Of a DNA stretch of 64,000 nt, positions 12,876 through 27,151 are shown one piece after another (the stretch's first letter is position 1; each line of letters starts with the position of its first letter). The position numbers and the translations under genes were made by a program. The notes under the pieces were generated by a model. That model saw nothing but the letters and a program-made list of their open reading frames with translations. It was not told the origin of the DNA and searched no databases. Source of the DNA: Podarcis erhardii (taxonomy: Eukaryota); the NCBI GenBank assembly GCA_964252035.1, contig OZ176209.1. One strand, 5' to 3'.

Positions 12876-13242
12876 GGGACGCGGGTGGCGCTGTGGGTAA
12901 AACCTCAGCGCCTAGGACTTGACGATCGCATCGTCAGCGGTTCGAATCTCCGTGGCGGGGTGAGCTCCCGTCATTTGGTCCCAGCTCCTGCCCACCTAGC
13001 AGTTCGAAAGCACAATTAAGTGCAAGTAGATAAGTAGGTACCGCTTTCTAGCGGGAAGGTAAATGGCGTTCCGTGTGCTGCTCTGGTGCCGGTTCGCCGG
13101 AGCAGCTTCGTCACGCTGGCCACGTGACCCGGAAGTGTCTCCGGACAGTGCTGGCTCCCGGCCTATAGAGTGAGATGAGCGCACAACCCTAGAGTCTGTC
13201 AAGACTGGCCCATATGGGCAGGGGTACCTTTACCTTTACCTT
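12876..13242 (+). mobile_element. Full-length Sauria SINE
   Basis: tRNA-like head (GGTGGCGCTGTGG, GGTTCGAATC), (ACCTTT)n tail and a 13-bp TSD TACAGTATGTTGA at 12863-75 and 13243-55. Confidence 0.9.
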
Positions 13243-13336
13243 TACAGTATGTTGAACATTTGAATTTCATTTTGTATGAAGGTGCTCCAAAGGTGGAGCA
13301 GGTTCTTGCAGGCGCATTTTTAGTGGGTGTCTAGGG

Positions 13337-13799
13337 CAGGGGTCTGCAACCCGCGGCTCCGGAGCCGCATGTGGCTCTTTTACACCTTTGCCGCGGCTCC
13401 GGGGCGGATACTAGCGAGGGGAGGAGGCACATTGTGCGCCCCGACACTCCCCACTGTGGCGGGCGCTGTACTGGCTGTGACATCGCATGGGGGCGGTGCG
13501 TGCGTTAGTCACACACCGTCCCGAAGTCACCTTCCCACCCGCCCGTTACATTGTAAGGGGCATGTACGCTGGTCACTGTTTTGAAGGGGAGTGAAGAACA
13601 CACACACAGAAAAAGGTAACTTGTTAATTTAACGTTTATTTCTATGAGGAGGAGTAATTCTGAGGGGTCAAACAAAGAAATAATAAAAAAGTGACAAAAA
13701 AGTTATTTTTATAATGACGAGTTTTGCGGCTCCCAGGTTTTTTTTTCTTCGGAAACGGGTCCAAGTGGCTCTTTTTGTCTTAAAGGTTGCAGATCCCTG
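13337..13799. mobile_element. hAT (Charlie-like) non-autonomous transposon
   Basis: 15-bp TIRs CAGGGGTCTGCAACC / CAGGGATCTGCAACC; exact 8-bp TSD GTCTAGGG at 13329-36 and 13800-07. Confidence 0.9.
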
Positions 13800-14200
13800 G
13801 TCTAGGGCTACTTTCTAGCTTGAGTTGGGTGAAACAGGTTTTGAAACTGAAAGTCCATAGTTAATAAAAAGATTCTGTAATTGCTTAGTTGTAGGCACTA
13901 TCATTCATGTCCTTTGTTGTGTGTCCAAAATGGTTTTGGATAAATAGATGCACAAAGCCTAACATTTGGCAGTTGAGGCTTGTAGCATTTAAAACCTACT
14001 CCCCCCCCCCCAAAAAAAACCCACTGATGTTTAAAAGGCTTTTGATCTTTCGATTAAAAAAAAATCCAAGTATTTATTCATGATGGAAGGTATGTATGTG
14101 TGTGGGCACACCCACCCACCCTCCATCATGAAAAAATACTTGGATTTTATTTTTTTAAAATCGAAAGATACATGTGTACTTACAGGTGGTGACCATTTTA

Positions 14201-14565
14201 GGTAAAGGTAAAGGGACTCCTGACAATTAAGTCCAGTCGTGAACGATTCTGGGGTTGTGGCGCTCATCTCGCTTTACAGGCCAAGGGAGCTGGTGTTTGT
14301 CCGCAGACAGTTTTTCCCGGTCATGTGGCCAGCATGACTAAGCCGCTTCTGGCGAAACCAGAGTAGAGCACGGAAATGCCATTTACCTTCCCGCCGGAGT
14401 GGTACCTATTTATCTACTTGTACTGCGTGCTTTCGAATTGCTAGTCTGGCAGGAGCTGGGACCGCACAACGGGTGCTCACCCCGTCACAGGGATTCAAAC
14501 CGGCAACCTTTCGATTGGTAAGACCAAGTGGCACAGTGGCTTAACCCACAGCGCCACCCGCATCC
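14201..14565 (-). mobile_element. Full-length Sauria SINE (reverse strand)
   Basis: GGTAAAGGTAAAGG tail on the + strand, head ending GCGCCACCCGCATCC, and a 14-bp TSD TGGTGACCATTTTA at 14187-200 and 14566-79. Confidence 0.9.
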
Positions 14566-16730
14566 TGGTGACCATTTTAAGCGTGTCCAAATGACATGTG
14601 ATCACCAACACGTGGGTCCTTTGGTACCCAGAATAAGGCAGAACAGAAGCAGTGTGTGCTTATATGTGCTCTGCTGACATGTATGGGGGGGCAGGAACAG
14701 AACCAAGGTTTCCTGCCTGTATTTCTGTGCTTAAAGCTGTTTTAGGTTTAAGTAGATTGAGCTGATGCAAACTCAATATACTTGTGTGAACGATAGCGTG
14801 TTTAAGACCTTTAGTCTAGGCAATTCAGTTGCTGAACGAAAACCAAGAAGGAAGTATTCTTTATAGTGGCACATGAAGAAAACTGGTGTTGCACAGTAAG
14901 TTCCTGGTTCATTTCACTTCAGCTGTGAGCTTGCTAGGTGTCTTCATTAGCTACTGTTTTCTTGCCCCCATCTTCAGTATGGTGTAACTACAGACCTACT
15001 TTGCAAGGCTATTTGTTAGATTTACCAAATTCATATCTGGAGTGCTTTGAACTCTTGGCATATGGCATGGGTGTGAAACCTCTAGCTTGTGTACATTATT
15101 AGACCTAGCGTTTTATCTGCAAGGCTGGCTGCCATAGCCAGCTGCCTGACACCTGAAGTACTGTGTGATGTCATGGATAGGGTAGGCAAGGATGTGGCTC
15201 CAAATGAGCTATTGGAAGCTTAAAGTGGGCTTCCAATTGTTTATTTGCAAGTGGGACATGCTGACAGTGTTGATCAGGTGATGTGCACTGAAAGTGAGCC
15301 CCACTGGGATTAGCCAAGAAGGCACAGTGCTTTACAAGTGCCAACAATCAACTGATCATTGGTGCTTGAGAAATGTTGTGCCTTGCCTGCAGTGGCTTGA
15401 TTTCAAACTGCATGGGCAAAAAGGAAAAGGAGCCATGTCATGTCAGCACTGCCCATCTGTCAAAGCAAACCTGCTGAGGGGTTGCAGAATAGGGGAGGTA
15501 GGAATCTGGCCTTCCAGCCAGATCCGGTTCTTTCACCACAACCAATAGTTTACAAACACTATGTGACCTTATTTTTACAATGAAAGCTTTTAACATGAGT
15601 TAGAATCTTGCAGGAGTAAAAGAAATTAAGCCTTGAATATATAAATATGAAAGAATGTGGTATAGTTGATATTTGATTTGATTTGCACAGGAGAGCCCTT
15701 GGTTTAAACCATTGCTAAGCATTGTTCACTTTCGGTCAGTTACTATTGCTCAGCTTGACATATTCTGTAGGGTTGTGAGGGAAAAATGTGAATTTTTAAA
15801 AACGATTTTTAATTTCAAGTAACTAAACAAGGAATGCAGAGCTTAGTAGTTATGCAGAAAAGAAAGAAAAATAGAGGCTGATGGTTGTAGTTTTAGATGT
15901 CCCAAGAAAGGCGATCAAATGAAAGTGTTTCTTCATAAGGTTCCATAAGTTGATTATCTTAACAAAGTCAATAAAAGGATAACTTGTCATATAGAAGGTG
16001 TGAGTTTTCCTCCCCAACCCCCCAGCCAATATTCCTTTTGTGAAATGGTTAATCTGACCAGAAGCACAATACCTGTGAAATCCAGGCTTCAAAAAGATTG
16101 GCATTTAATGTTTTCCAGTTTTTTTGCAGTCACTAATCTAACTGCAGTTAATAAATGGAGAACCAGGTTTTTATTGGTTATGTTCTTAATCCGAGGAGAA
16201 AAATTATTGTAGGGCTGTAGCTATTGTCCCATCATTTGATTGTTTGAAAAACTTCTTCCCGAAAGGGAATAATTTTGGGGCAAAACCACAGGTGTGTACT
16301 AGAGACAGATAAATTGCATTCCTGCTTGCAAAGGTTGGATGTGTTATGATTAATTCTCTATAATCTGGCTGGGCACATCTACTAGTGATGTGCTATCTTT
16401 AAAGCATTTTCTCAAGTTCTAATTGAGATTGATCCAAATGGCAGTTTATTACAAATGTGTTCCCAGAATTGTTCCTCTGTTCTCCAAAATCTTTTCCCCA
16501 TTTTAGTCTTAATGAAGTGAGAAGAAGGGTAGCCAATTGTGTGAGGCTTTTATACAGTTGGAAAAATGTGAAATACTTTTTGAAAAAAAACCTGTTTATG
16601 CTTCTAGGCTTGCTGCATAGTTAATTAGATAAGAAAAGTGATATTGTGCCAGCATTGAAAAGAGCTAACTTTTATATGAAATATATTCTCAGTGTTCTAA
16701 ACCATTTCTTTTGCTTTTTCCTTTCCCTAG

Positions 16731-17389
16731 ATTTTGGATCCCTGTTTGATCTGGAACATGACTTACCAGATGAACTGATCAGCTCCACAGAATTGGGACT
16801 TACCAATGGTGGTGACATTAATCAGCTGCAGACTAGTCTTGGTATGGCACAAGATGCTGCTTCAAAACACAAACAGTTGTCTGAACTGTTACGTGCTGGT
16901 AGCTCACCAAACCTTAATATGGGAGTTGGTGGGCCAGGTCAGGGCATGGCCAGCCAGCCCCAGCAGAACAATCCAGGAATGGGAATCTTAAACAGTATGG
17001 TCAAAAGCCCCATGGCACAGGCAGCATTGACATCTCCAAATTTGGGGATGGGTGCAAGTGGACCAAATCAAGGTCCGTCTACTCAACCCACTGCAGGAAT
17101 GATGCCAGCAGTGAACAATCCGGTAAATCAGCCTGGAATGGGAATGAATGCAGGAATAAATGCTGGCATGAATCCTGGTATGTTGGCTTCAGGAAATGGA
17201 CAAGGCATGATGCAGGGGCAAGTTTTGAATGGTTCGATTGGAGCAGGAAGAGGACGTTCCAACATGTCATACTCGAACCCAGGAATGGGTAATGCTGGTA
17301 ACTTGTTGGCTGAGACATTGCAGCAAGGTTCTCCGCAGATGGGAGGACAGACAGGCTTGAGGGGTCCACAGCCTGGAGCAATGGGCAAG
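16731..17389 (+). CDS. EP300: EP300 exon 2 (659 nt; DFGSLFDLEHDLPDEL...GPQPGAMGK; contains the LSELL LxxLL motif)
   Basis: Acceptor ctttccctag|ATTTTGG, donor GGCAAG|gtaaga; part of ORF 16646..17422. Confidence 0.96.
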
Positions 17390-20300
17390 GTAAGACAAAG
17401 TTTTTCTTGTGATCACAAATAAAGTTTTTGAAGTATAATATTTCAAAATACCTGAGGATTTCTAGAAAACAGGCTTGTTCACTGCAATTATGAATGATAC
17501 CTGGGAATATTTAAGCATATTAATACATGATAAGGAGGCATGTAGCATTATATGAAAAGTTGTATTTCTAAAAAAAAACTCATAGTCTTTGTGTCCAGTT
17601 ACAGTATTGCCATTCAAAATGATGTGTTGAGTTTATAGCTTTCAATAGTACCTATGATTGGTGTATTAGTTCTTCAATTGCAGAATAATCCTACAGGTGG
17701 TGTTGATACTGAAGATGAATTTTTTCCCCAGTATTAAAACTACTGGGAAGGCTAATATTGCTATTCTTCAGTGAAACATTGCTATAATTGTGGGTGGGGT
17801 GGGAATATATGTGCATGCAATATTTTCCTTGATTTGTTAAGTAGTGGGTAGGTTTATCACAACTGTTACCCATGATTGATAACTTCAACCTCCAGGGGCA
17901 GCATTTTTGAGTACAGGTGCTGGTGCCAAACAATGAAGGAGAGTTTGCATGGTGGTTGTAGATATTTTGTAGTCACTTTTACAAATTAGATGGTAGACCT
18001 GTAGGTTTGCTCCAGCAGGACTTCTCATATCTCAGTACTTGGAAAAAACAGTACTGTGAGTGTAATAAGCCACCAAGAACAGTATCTTCACTAATTAGAA
18101 TGAATAACCTAGTGCTTTGTAAGTGGTGGAGCAGAAAAATGCTGTACATTTCATTACTAATCATGTAGCTTTGGTGTAACCTCTGCATGTAGTTGTTTAC
18201 TACTTCAGGGGAAAGGATAGGAAACAGCTTTTCTCTTACTTATTTTAGTACAGTGTTTAGATTAAGCATCTAAAATGAGTCCTCAATAGGTACTTGCCTA
18301 GCAGGTGCTTGTCCTGTGGGAAATATGTAGCAAACTGCCAGGTTGCTCTCATTGAGTGGTAGCCAGTGAGAGTTAACACATGATTGTACAGAGCAGCAAA
18401 TAGAGGACTTGGGTGCTTTATGTAAAATGGGTGAGGAACTATAGCTGGTGGGCTGTACCCTGGTTTCTCCTGCCGATGGTGGGCCATTTTGACAGGTAGG
18501 TGAGCCTCTGCCCACCTGGAAATTACTCTATGTCACTGTGATGGCAGTTGACACATTTTTACTTGGTAGTGCTACAAAGGAAATTCTAGTTCATTCAAGC
18601 CTGACTTGGAAGTTACCATCAAGCTGCTGATACAGGCCAACTTCATGCTCTACTTTGAGCAGGGATTTAGTGCATTATGGAGTACTGTATGGGGAACTCC
18701 ATGGTTCAGCTGATCCCAGCAGGGCTGCTGTCACTGCCAAAACCAGCTGATCAGCAGTGATAGCAAGTCTCCCTTGCCAATGAACAATTGAGAGTGTACT
18801 TTAAGGCTCCCAGTAGATCATGACTGCCATTGCACAATCTGCTCCATACCTGATATCACATGACATCAGTTGTGGGGTAGGTGGGTGTGGTTTTGGGAAA
18901 GCAGCCTCACAAGCCAAATTGGGAACAGTGCTAGGTCGAAGTAGGCCCACAAACCAGAGGGTCCTCATGCCTGGTGATAGATGTAGTCAGAAACATATGA
19001 AGGGCACACATTGGTGAGGATTTCTTTAGTAGAATAGATCTTTAGTAGAATAGATCTATGCAGTCTTTGCATATAATACCCTTTCACCTGTCTTTTGAAA
19101 ACTCATTTGCTCTAATGACTAAACATAACAATGCGTTCAGTCTCCATAGTGTGGCCTTCACTGGCAGGTTTACTACTTAGATGCAGACTGGGTTTGCAAG
19201 TTGCTTGGCTGATGAGCTTGCTTGATCAGTCAGCCTCTTGCCTTACAGTTCCATCTTTGTGAGCTGTTTAGCTTGTCAAAGAGTGAAGCTTGTAAAGGGG
19301 ATATAGCAAATTCTGATCTTTGGTTCCTAAGGTCTGCAGAATCTCAGTTGATAGTTCAGACATAAGTCTTGTAAGCAGACTTTAATGGCAATAACTAGCT
19401 CTAAAGTAACAAAGTAGAACAAAGATTTTACAGTTTGGATGTATATAGGTGCAGTGACAAGATAAGAATAACATTTTATTTTTAGAAAGCTTGTTTTTTA
19501 TGGGGAGAATGGACTTCACACTGTCAGTAGCGAGGAAATGGAAGTGTGTGACCAAAGAAAATAGTACAGTATGGTGTTCTTTGTTTTTGTTTAACTCAGG
19601 CAGTGGGAAGGCATGAGAGGCTGGGCTTTAGCAATGAAATGTAACTACTATTGTAGGTGCAGTTGGCTACACACATATTCAAGTGACAAAATATGAATTT
19701 CAAATTATCAAAAGTAGTGCCAGATTTTATAGTGAGATGAAATCTGGAATTTCAGAAAAATATGTAGCATCACTGCTTAGCATAACTTGAAACAACACCG
19801 TCTTATAATATAAAATAGATTTGCCATTGTAAATGTAACACCCCCCTACAAAAATACTTAATGATCCATGTTTTATCAACATGTTTGATTTCTTGTATAT
19901 TTGGCTGGTCAGTTGAACAGTGTCCTAACCCTGAAAGAGAATGCAAGTGTTTGATTCAGTCTGAGAACTTACTGGAATCTAAATTGAAGAGTAGAGGAAT
20001 CCTGGCCCCAGATGCAGGGAATTAATCAACATTTTTTGTAGTTGAATTCTTGAAGCAAAAACATTTTTTGCTTGACATGAGAGAGCTTGTTGCTATTGAG
20101 GAATGTTTTTGTGACAGGACTGCTACATTACTGTACTTCCATCGCTATTTCTGTGCTTGAGATGGCAGCTTTTTAAAAATAAAGTGAATGAGTTGGACAC
20201 ACACACTGCAGAATGCTTCACTGCCAGTGACTACTGTAGGTACATGTTCACATTTGGAAGTTGGGGAAGTAGAATCACTTCAATTTTGTCTACTAGTGAA

Positions 20301-23300
20301 TGTTTTGGTTTACATGGGAAATGATTTTAGCAATGTATATGTGAATGAGGTGGACAGTGATGCTTGGAAAAGGGAAGTCTTGCAGTCATTGCTGATTTCG
20401 GTGGCATCTTGATAGAAGTTGTGGAAGCACTATCTCAGAAGCAGGGTTAACATGTGGAGTAAAGAACAAATATGACAGTGACAAGGCCCTATAATTTGCT
20501 GGCCATGCCCTCTCCCTAGCAAGCATCTTTTACCCCACCTCCTCACCTGGGCAGGGGAGCATGCATGCTTGGGAGCTGCAGCTCAAAGGAAGTGGCATCC
20601 AACAACCTTCTCGGCTTCACTGATGTGGTCCAAAGGAAAGGAAAGTTTGGTTGCAGGAGTTGCTGGAAGGAGGTATACAGGGCACCATCCAACCGTCTTA
20701 GGGACTCCATTTTGGATTGTGTAGGGTTTACTCCTTAGCCTTTTCTTCACCTGAATATGTCCCATAAAATAGCGGGTATGGATTTTTTCTCAGGACTTAC
20801 TGGTCAGTTCACCTCCTGTTATATGACTCAGGCTGGGAACAGGTTGTGTTCTATCTCTAAGAGCTACTGAAGTAAAGATACATTGTGCCACCTTCTGATC
20901 TCCACTATAATGATAACTCCCATTTAATATTACCACTTTGGGGAAGGGTTGCTATTTATGTATTGCCTTTAAAAATAACGTGTATTCTGTGGCTTCCAAG
21001 ATAAAAACTGTAACACCTCTTTCAACATGGATTTCCTGGAAAAAATTCCGAGAGTGATCTAGTTTGCCATATTTTCTTGTATTTAATAAACAAAACTAAA
21101 ATATTTGAAACTATCAAGCTTGCTTAATATTTGCATTTGGCATCTTTTAATTTTTGCTAATGAACTTATAAAACAGAAAAAATTTCATGGAAAAATAAAG
21201 CTCTGAAAAGTTTTCTGCTCCACATTACTGCTGCATATTGTTGAGAAATCTTGTGCTTTGCATGGACATGAAACACATGAATAGTGGCTCTGGAGTGATG
21301 CAGTTTCCTTTTCTCAATCTGTGGGGCTTGTATGTTTTGGTTCCCAAAGCACCTAGAATTCTAAGTTGCAAACATTTTTATTTATTACCTGATTATATCA
21401 GGCCCTCAAGGTCTGAGCCAGCAGAAATTCTTACTGGCTCTTTCTTGGTGGCAGTTGTTTAACCTAACCCTGGTTTGGGAAAGGTTTTGAATCTGAGAGC
21501 AAAACTGGTATGTTTACCTAAAGATGCTTACAGCCAATAAAAAATCAATATAGATTAACAACAAAGTTGCAAAGCAACAACACTGTCTTTCAAATGGATG
21601 CAAATATGTATTTGATCAACACAGTTATAGGTGGCAGTTTAGAATTTGATTTCATATGGTTGTATCCAATAGTAGCCTTGCTGTACTGAAAAGTGTTTCT
21701 GCTCTCAAGATAGGGAACATACCTTTTACTGATCCCACTACCTTCTGCAGACCTTAGTGCCATATTTCATAGAGGGCTGGTCAAATAACTAGATTTAAAC
21801 TGGCTAAACTTAAAGGTGCAAATATAATCCTCATTAATTTATTGATCACCTTCTTAAAAACCATCTCAAGGTGATGTATAATTAAAACAAGTTATAACAC
21901 AAAAATAGCAGATTCATTTAAAACAAAAACGAAATCAAGCAATGTAGACAGTTATGATATAGACCAGTTAATGCTGCTGGTAAAACCTGTTGGTACAAAC
22001 ATGTCACTTATTTCAGGAAAGTACAGGTAGAGAGGGTGCCTGTTGTATCTTGACAGGAATTCTATTCCACAGAGTGGGGACAGCCACACACTGCTCCGAG
22101 TTACTGCAGAGTGGGCTTCTGAGATCTTTGGAACTTGCAGGAGAAACTTAACTGCAGGCATTTTCAGATAGCCAAATAGCAGTTAGAAAGACAGTGACCC
22201 TGCTACCAGATCTAGCTTTGTGACTTTAAGCCCACAAAATGCAGTGCTGCAACCTTTCATCAGCTGAAGAAGCTTCATAATTCTGTAATGAGAATTTCCG
22301 TTCCTAAAGATTAGTTGGCTTATGTAAACAGATTTTTAGAAAACTATTTCTTTATTACCAAAAGTTCTTAAGAAAAACTGCAGGTGTCAGGCAAAATTTG
22401 GGGGCATAGCTTTTTTCTTCAGAAAGGCAAATGTTCTTCTAGGATGGTGCCGCCTGTAACATATAGGCACGAATAATCTGAACACTGAATGTCTTTCCCT
22501 TAAACAGTTTCATTCTATGCAAACATTTACAGAGCTAAATTTTAATGCACTTTTACTCAAAATGCATTTTTTAGTATTGTGCGTTTTTACTCAAGCAAAT
22601 CAATTGAACAAAGTAGGACTACTGATGAATGTACATATCATTGCAGGCTTAGTCTGTTGGCTGTACTTCACAAGATTGATAAACACTACTAAGATTTCTT
22701 TAATAGTCTGACAACTTTAATAATATAATAATACTTAACATGTGAAGATTCAGTTTAATGAGCAATTGGAGTATACTGTCTTCAAATCCTGAAATTTACT
22801 TGAGAGGTAATTGGAGAAGCAAAGAAGATTGTTTAACGTGAATTGTAGATATGGTTTTGCTCTGCTTCTGTCAGTTTTAGCAGAAAGGACACTCTTTTTG
22901 GCTTGGACACCCCCATTTGTAATGTATGTTCTTAAGCTAGCTGAAGAGCCTATTAGAGGGAAATCTGAAATGGAGGCTGAGACTCAAAAGTGTATTCAAC
23001 TGGTTTGGCTGTTGGCAGAGAGCCCAAGTTTCACTTTTTGAGGTGGAGTTGGTGACAACTGCAGTACAAGATCTTGCAGGTAGAACTAGATGAAGTTGGG
23101 ATGTAACTTGGTGGCAATTTTTTTTTGTACTTTTATTTATTTTTGAATAATTTCAAAGAACAATTGTACAAGACATCCCCTAATAACATAAATATACAAC
23201 CACATGTGAAAGGGAAATGTCAGGATGAAATTGGGATTTATCTCTGATTAGGTTCACAATAGGAAGTGTGCACAGTTTGAACCTGGGACATCTTGTACAC

Positions 23301-23706
23301 AACCCCTGGCATTTCTAGGTAGGGCTGGAAAAGGCTACTGTCTGAAATGTTGGAGAGCCACTGCCAATCAGACTGTAGATGATAAAGACCTAGCAGCAGC
23401 AATGGTTTGACTTGGTCTAAGGCATTTTCCTATGTTCTTGTGCACCATATTAGCAACACCAAGGATGTGGAATGTGTTTCGTTTCAGATGTTGTTGAACT
23501 CCGATTCCCTTCAGGCCCAGCCAGCATGGCCAGTGATCAGAGTTGGTAGGAGTTGGAAGCCCATATAGAGGGTCTCTGTTTCCCAATCCTGGAATTTTTG
23601 TGTGGTATAAAGGATATGGTTCAAAACTTATATGTATGCAAGAACTGACAAAGTCATAATTGAATAGCATAGTTTCTGGGACTTCAGTAAAAAAAGACAT
23701 GATATA

Positions 23707-23945
23707 CAGTGGTACCTCTGGATGCGAACGGGATCCATTGCGGAGCCCTGTTCACATCCTGAGTAGAATGGAACACGCGTGTGCGTGGGTCGCGTTTCAC
23801 CGCTTCCGCAATGCGCGTGACAGCATTTTGAGCACATGCGCAAGTGGCGAAACCCAGAAGTAACTCGTTCCGTTACTTCCGGGTCGCCGCAGAGCATAAC
23901 CTGAAAACGCTCAACCTGAAGCATATTTAAGCCGAGGTCTGACTG
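23707..23945. mobile_element. Tigger-like MITE
   Basis: TA|CAGTGGTACCTC ... GAGGTCTGACTG|TA; CpG-rich interior. Confidence 0.7.
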
Positions 23946-25848
23946 TATTTGATACATAAATGAACTCCAAGAAAGGACACATTTGGATCCATTGATTTAC
24001 ATGTTGGCATTGTCTAACAGGTGTTTTGGCCACTTAAGGATTCAATATGCCACATATTAAAATGAACTGAAAGGTTTGGCTTTGCAATAATAAACCTCCT
24101 TAACTCTTGGTAAATACTGAATTTAATTCAAATGCTGTAATCTTATATGTCTGGGGAAAGTCCATCTTATCTTCTCCTTTATTTTTTCTTGATGATGGTT
24201 CACATGTCTTTTCTTAGAGCAAACATGCTAGAGTAGCCTGCAACAGTGTTTGAAATTAGCCAGGCACATTTTGCACCTGGCTATCAGCCACTTTTGACCA
24301 AGTAAAGAAGCCTAAGTGTGAGGATGGCGCCTGACATTTCCACCATCTGGAGGTGCATGCCTCAGGATCCTTGGATTTTGATTGTTTTCACACACTAATA
24401 AGACATCCTGTAGAATTCTATAAGTTTTTATTTTATCTACAAAATCAGAATGAATTTCAGGAACCAACATGCTTTATCTGTGCAGCCTGAGCAGGAGCAG
24501 TGAACAATGTTATAGTTAATTGTTGTAGCTTCTCTTCACCTACCCCACTTACATTATGAATGGTCTGTGTCACCATTAAGAAAAAGAGGTAAGAATAGGC
24601 CTATATGTATGTGTGAAATGTCCCTGGATAAAGTGGCTATTCCTCCTTAAGTTCACAAAGTTCTGAGTTTCTAACACTGGTTTATAGTGGGAGTGTGGTC
24701 AGTTTGGGCTTTTAAAATGCACATGCTGCAGACTGAATTTAACAGGGGAGGTGGAGTAAATTGCATTCTTGAAACAGAAGTTTCCAGTGCCATCTGCTCT
24801 GTTAGCATCTATAGAGAATTTTCCAAATTTGAGTATTTAGAGGATCAGTTTGCTGCCAAGAACGTGTGTGGAGAACCACCCCCTCCCAAATATAGGAGCT
24901 TCTACTACTCATTGTTATGTTTAATTGGTGAATGTGAATATTGTCAGTTCCCTGAGCAATGACTGAAGAATAAATATCACAAGTTTATTTTAATTGTTGT
25001 TGTTGTTTATTAAATTGATATAGTTTTCTTCAACCAAAGATCACAGAGTGGTTCGCAACATAATATGGCCTTAACTGGGATTTAACAATCGGCCTGCTTA
25101 TAGTACCCTGTAAGAGAGCCAGTGCATTGAACAGATCTTCTCTTCACATCTCAGCCATATTACACTTAATGGTAGTCGGCTATGCTGGTGCAATGACATT
25201 GATAATTTAGTTAGTTAGAGGCTTGGAAGAATGGCTCATGAAGATAGTTTAGTTATGAATCTAAATGGGTACACTTTACAAACATTAAACTTAAAATCTG
25301 TTGATATTTTGAAATCGTAAGAGTTGCAAGGGACCTTGGTGGTCATAGCATTTATCTCTTGAGTTTTACTTGTGAATCTAGGGACTGCTGATAGTCCATA
25401 GTGAGTTTTCACATGAAATCATGAATGGAAGAGAATGCTAGAGGTTATTCCCTGACCAATCAAATATTAAAAAATAATAGGATTATAACAATTGTGCACA
25501 AGCTTTCTCAACTGGATAAATGGGTCTTTGCTGGATCTACTTTATATTATTTGAGTTTTGTTTTAAATGTGTCTGCTGTGTTTTGTGTTTTTAACCGTCT
25601 TTTCACTTTTCATTTTTATTATCTTGTGCATAACTTTGAGATGATTGTGCAGAAGGCTACTTAAAAATTAATGACAATAATGATATAAATTGGCCACAAA
25701 GTTAACAGCCAGCCAAAAATAGTACTCAAAAGAGGGGCTGATGGAAGATGGATAGAATATTTGCCAGCCCCTGCTCTGGGTAAAAAGCAGAGTGAAGAAT
25801 TCTGCAGGCTAGAAACACAGTAGGCACCAAGCCTTTTGTGTTCCTATA

Positions 25849-26078
25849 CAGTGGTACCTTGGTTTGCAACTGCTTTGGATTACAACCATTTTGGATTACA
25901 AACACATCAAACCCGGAAGTGCGTGCCCCTTTTTTGGGATTCTAACCCATTTTTTTATTACAACACATTTTTTGGGGGGGGAGGCCCCATTTGCGAAAGC
26001 GCACCTTGGGTTATAAACTGTTTTGGTTCACAACCGGACCTCCGGAATGGATTATGGTTGTAAACCAAGGTACCACTG
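25849..26078. mobile_element. Tigger-like MITE
   Basis: 22-bp TIRs (21/22) CAGTGGTACCTTGGTTT(G/A)CAAC with TA flanks. Confidence 0.85.
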
Positions 26079-26208
26079 TACTTTATGTCTTGAAAATAAA
26101 GACTCGTTCTGCAAATCCAGCAAACAAAGCAAATGGACTAGTGGCAGAGGCATGAGTCACTCCACACCTCCCTGTTCTTCCTTTTCCTACTTGTGTAGCA
26201 TAGAGGTA

Positions 26209-26535
26209 CAGTGGTGCCTCACAAGACGAAATTAATCCGTTCCGTGAGGCTCTTCGTATAGCGGTTTTTTCGTCTTGCGAAGCAAGCCCATTGACAGCTT
26301 AGCGGATTAGCGCTATTAGCGGTTTAGCGGCTTTTAGAGGATCAGCTGATAAGCGGCTTAGGGCTTAGGAAAAGGGGGGGGGAGGGAAAAACCCCGCAGG
26401 AACTCGCAAGGCATTTTCGTCTTGCGAAGCAAGCCCATAGGGAAATTCGTTTTGCGAAGCACCTCCAAAACGGACAACCCTTTCGTCTAGCGGGTTTTCC
26501 GTCTTGCGAGGCGTTCGTCTTGCAGGGCACCACTG
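26209..26535. mobile_element. Tigger-like MITE
   Basis: TIRs CAGTGGTGCCTCACAAGACGAA / CAGTGGTGCCCTGCAAGACGAA with TA flanks; internal TCGTCTTGCGAAGCAAGCCCA repeats. Confidence 0.85.
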
Positions 26536-27151
26536 TACTACAGGCTGGTGGCAGAGGAATGAAGTGCTTCATTTCTCTGCCGCCAGCTCTCTTGCTTTCT
26601 AGGATGTACAGGGAGCTTGACCTCTAGAATCCAGTATGAAAATTCAGTGGGCTGGCAGTGGTGCGTTGAAATGTTTCATCTCTTTGCCAGCAGTCCACTT
26701 GATTCCTGTGCACAGCATACTGTGCACCTTCCCACCTCCTATGCTCTAGCAAATGAAAACTTTAAACATTCTTTAAAAAGCAATAATAAACTCTAACCAG
26801 TCACTCTGAAGTTGGCTACAGCAACTACCAGAGGAACAACATATTGTGCCTGCCAGTTTATGTACAACTTCATGATCTATGCTGTCAAGGTAGATCTAAA
26901 CCTATGTAGTCTCAATTTTCAGGGTTGCCTATGTGGCATGTTTTGAGGTACACAAACTGAAGACACAAGGATGACAGAGCAAATGGGATGACTTAGCAAG
27001 AGCCGAACACCTTGCAATTGTCTTCTGTTCCCCAGTAGAAGGATAGTAGAGAGGCTCCATTCTCCACTGATGTAACCAAGCTTGTGTGTTCAGTTATTTT
27101 TCCATGCTTCTCTATGTTTGAGGCTAAGGAACACAGATTCCCCATTACTAC

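Noticed and set aside
12876-12960. tRNA gene
   Set aside because: The A/B-box-like head belongs to a Sauria SINE with tail and TSD; there is no complete cloverleaf.
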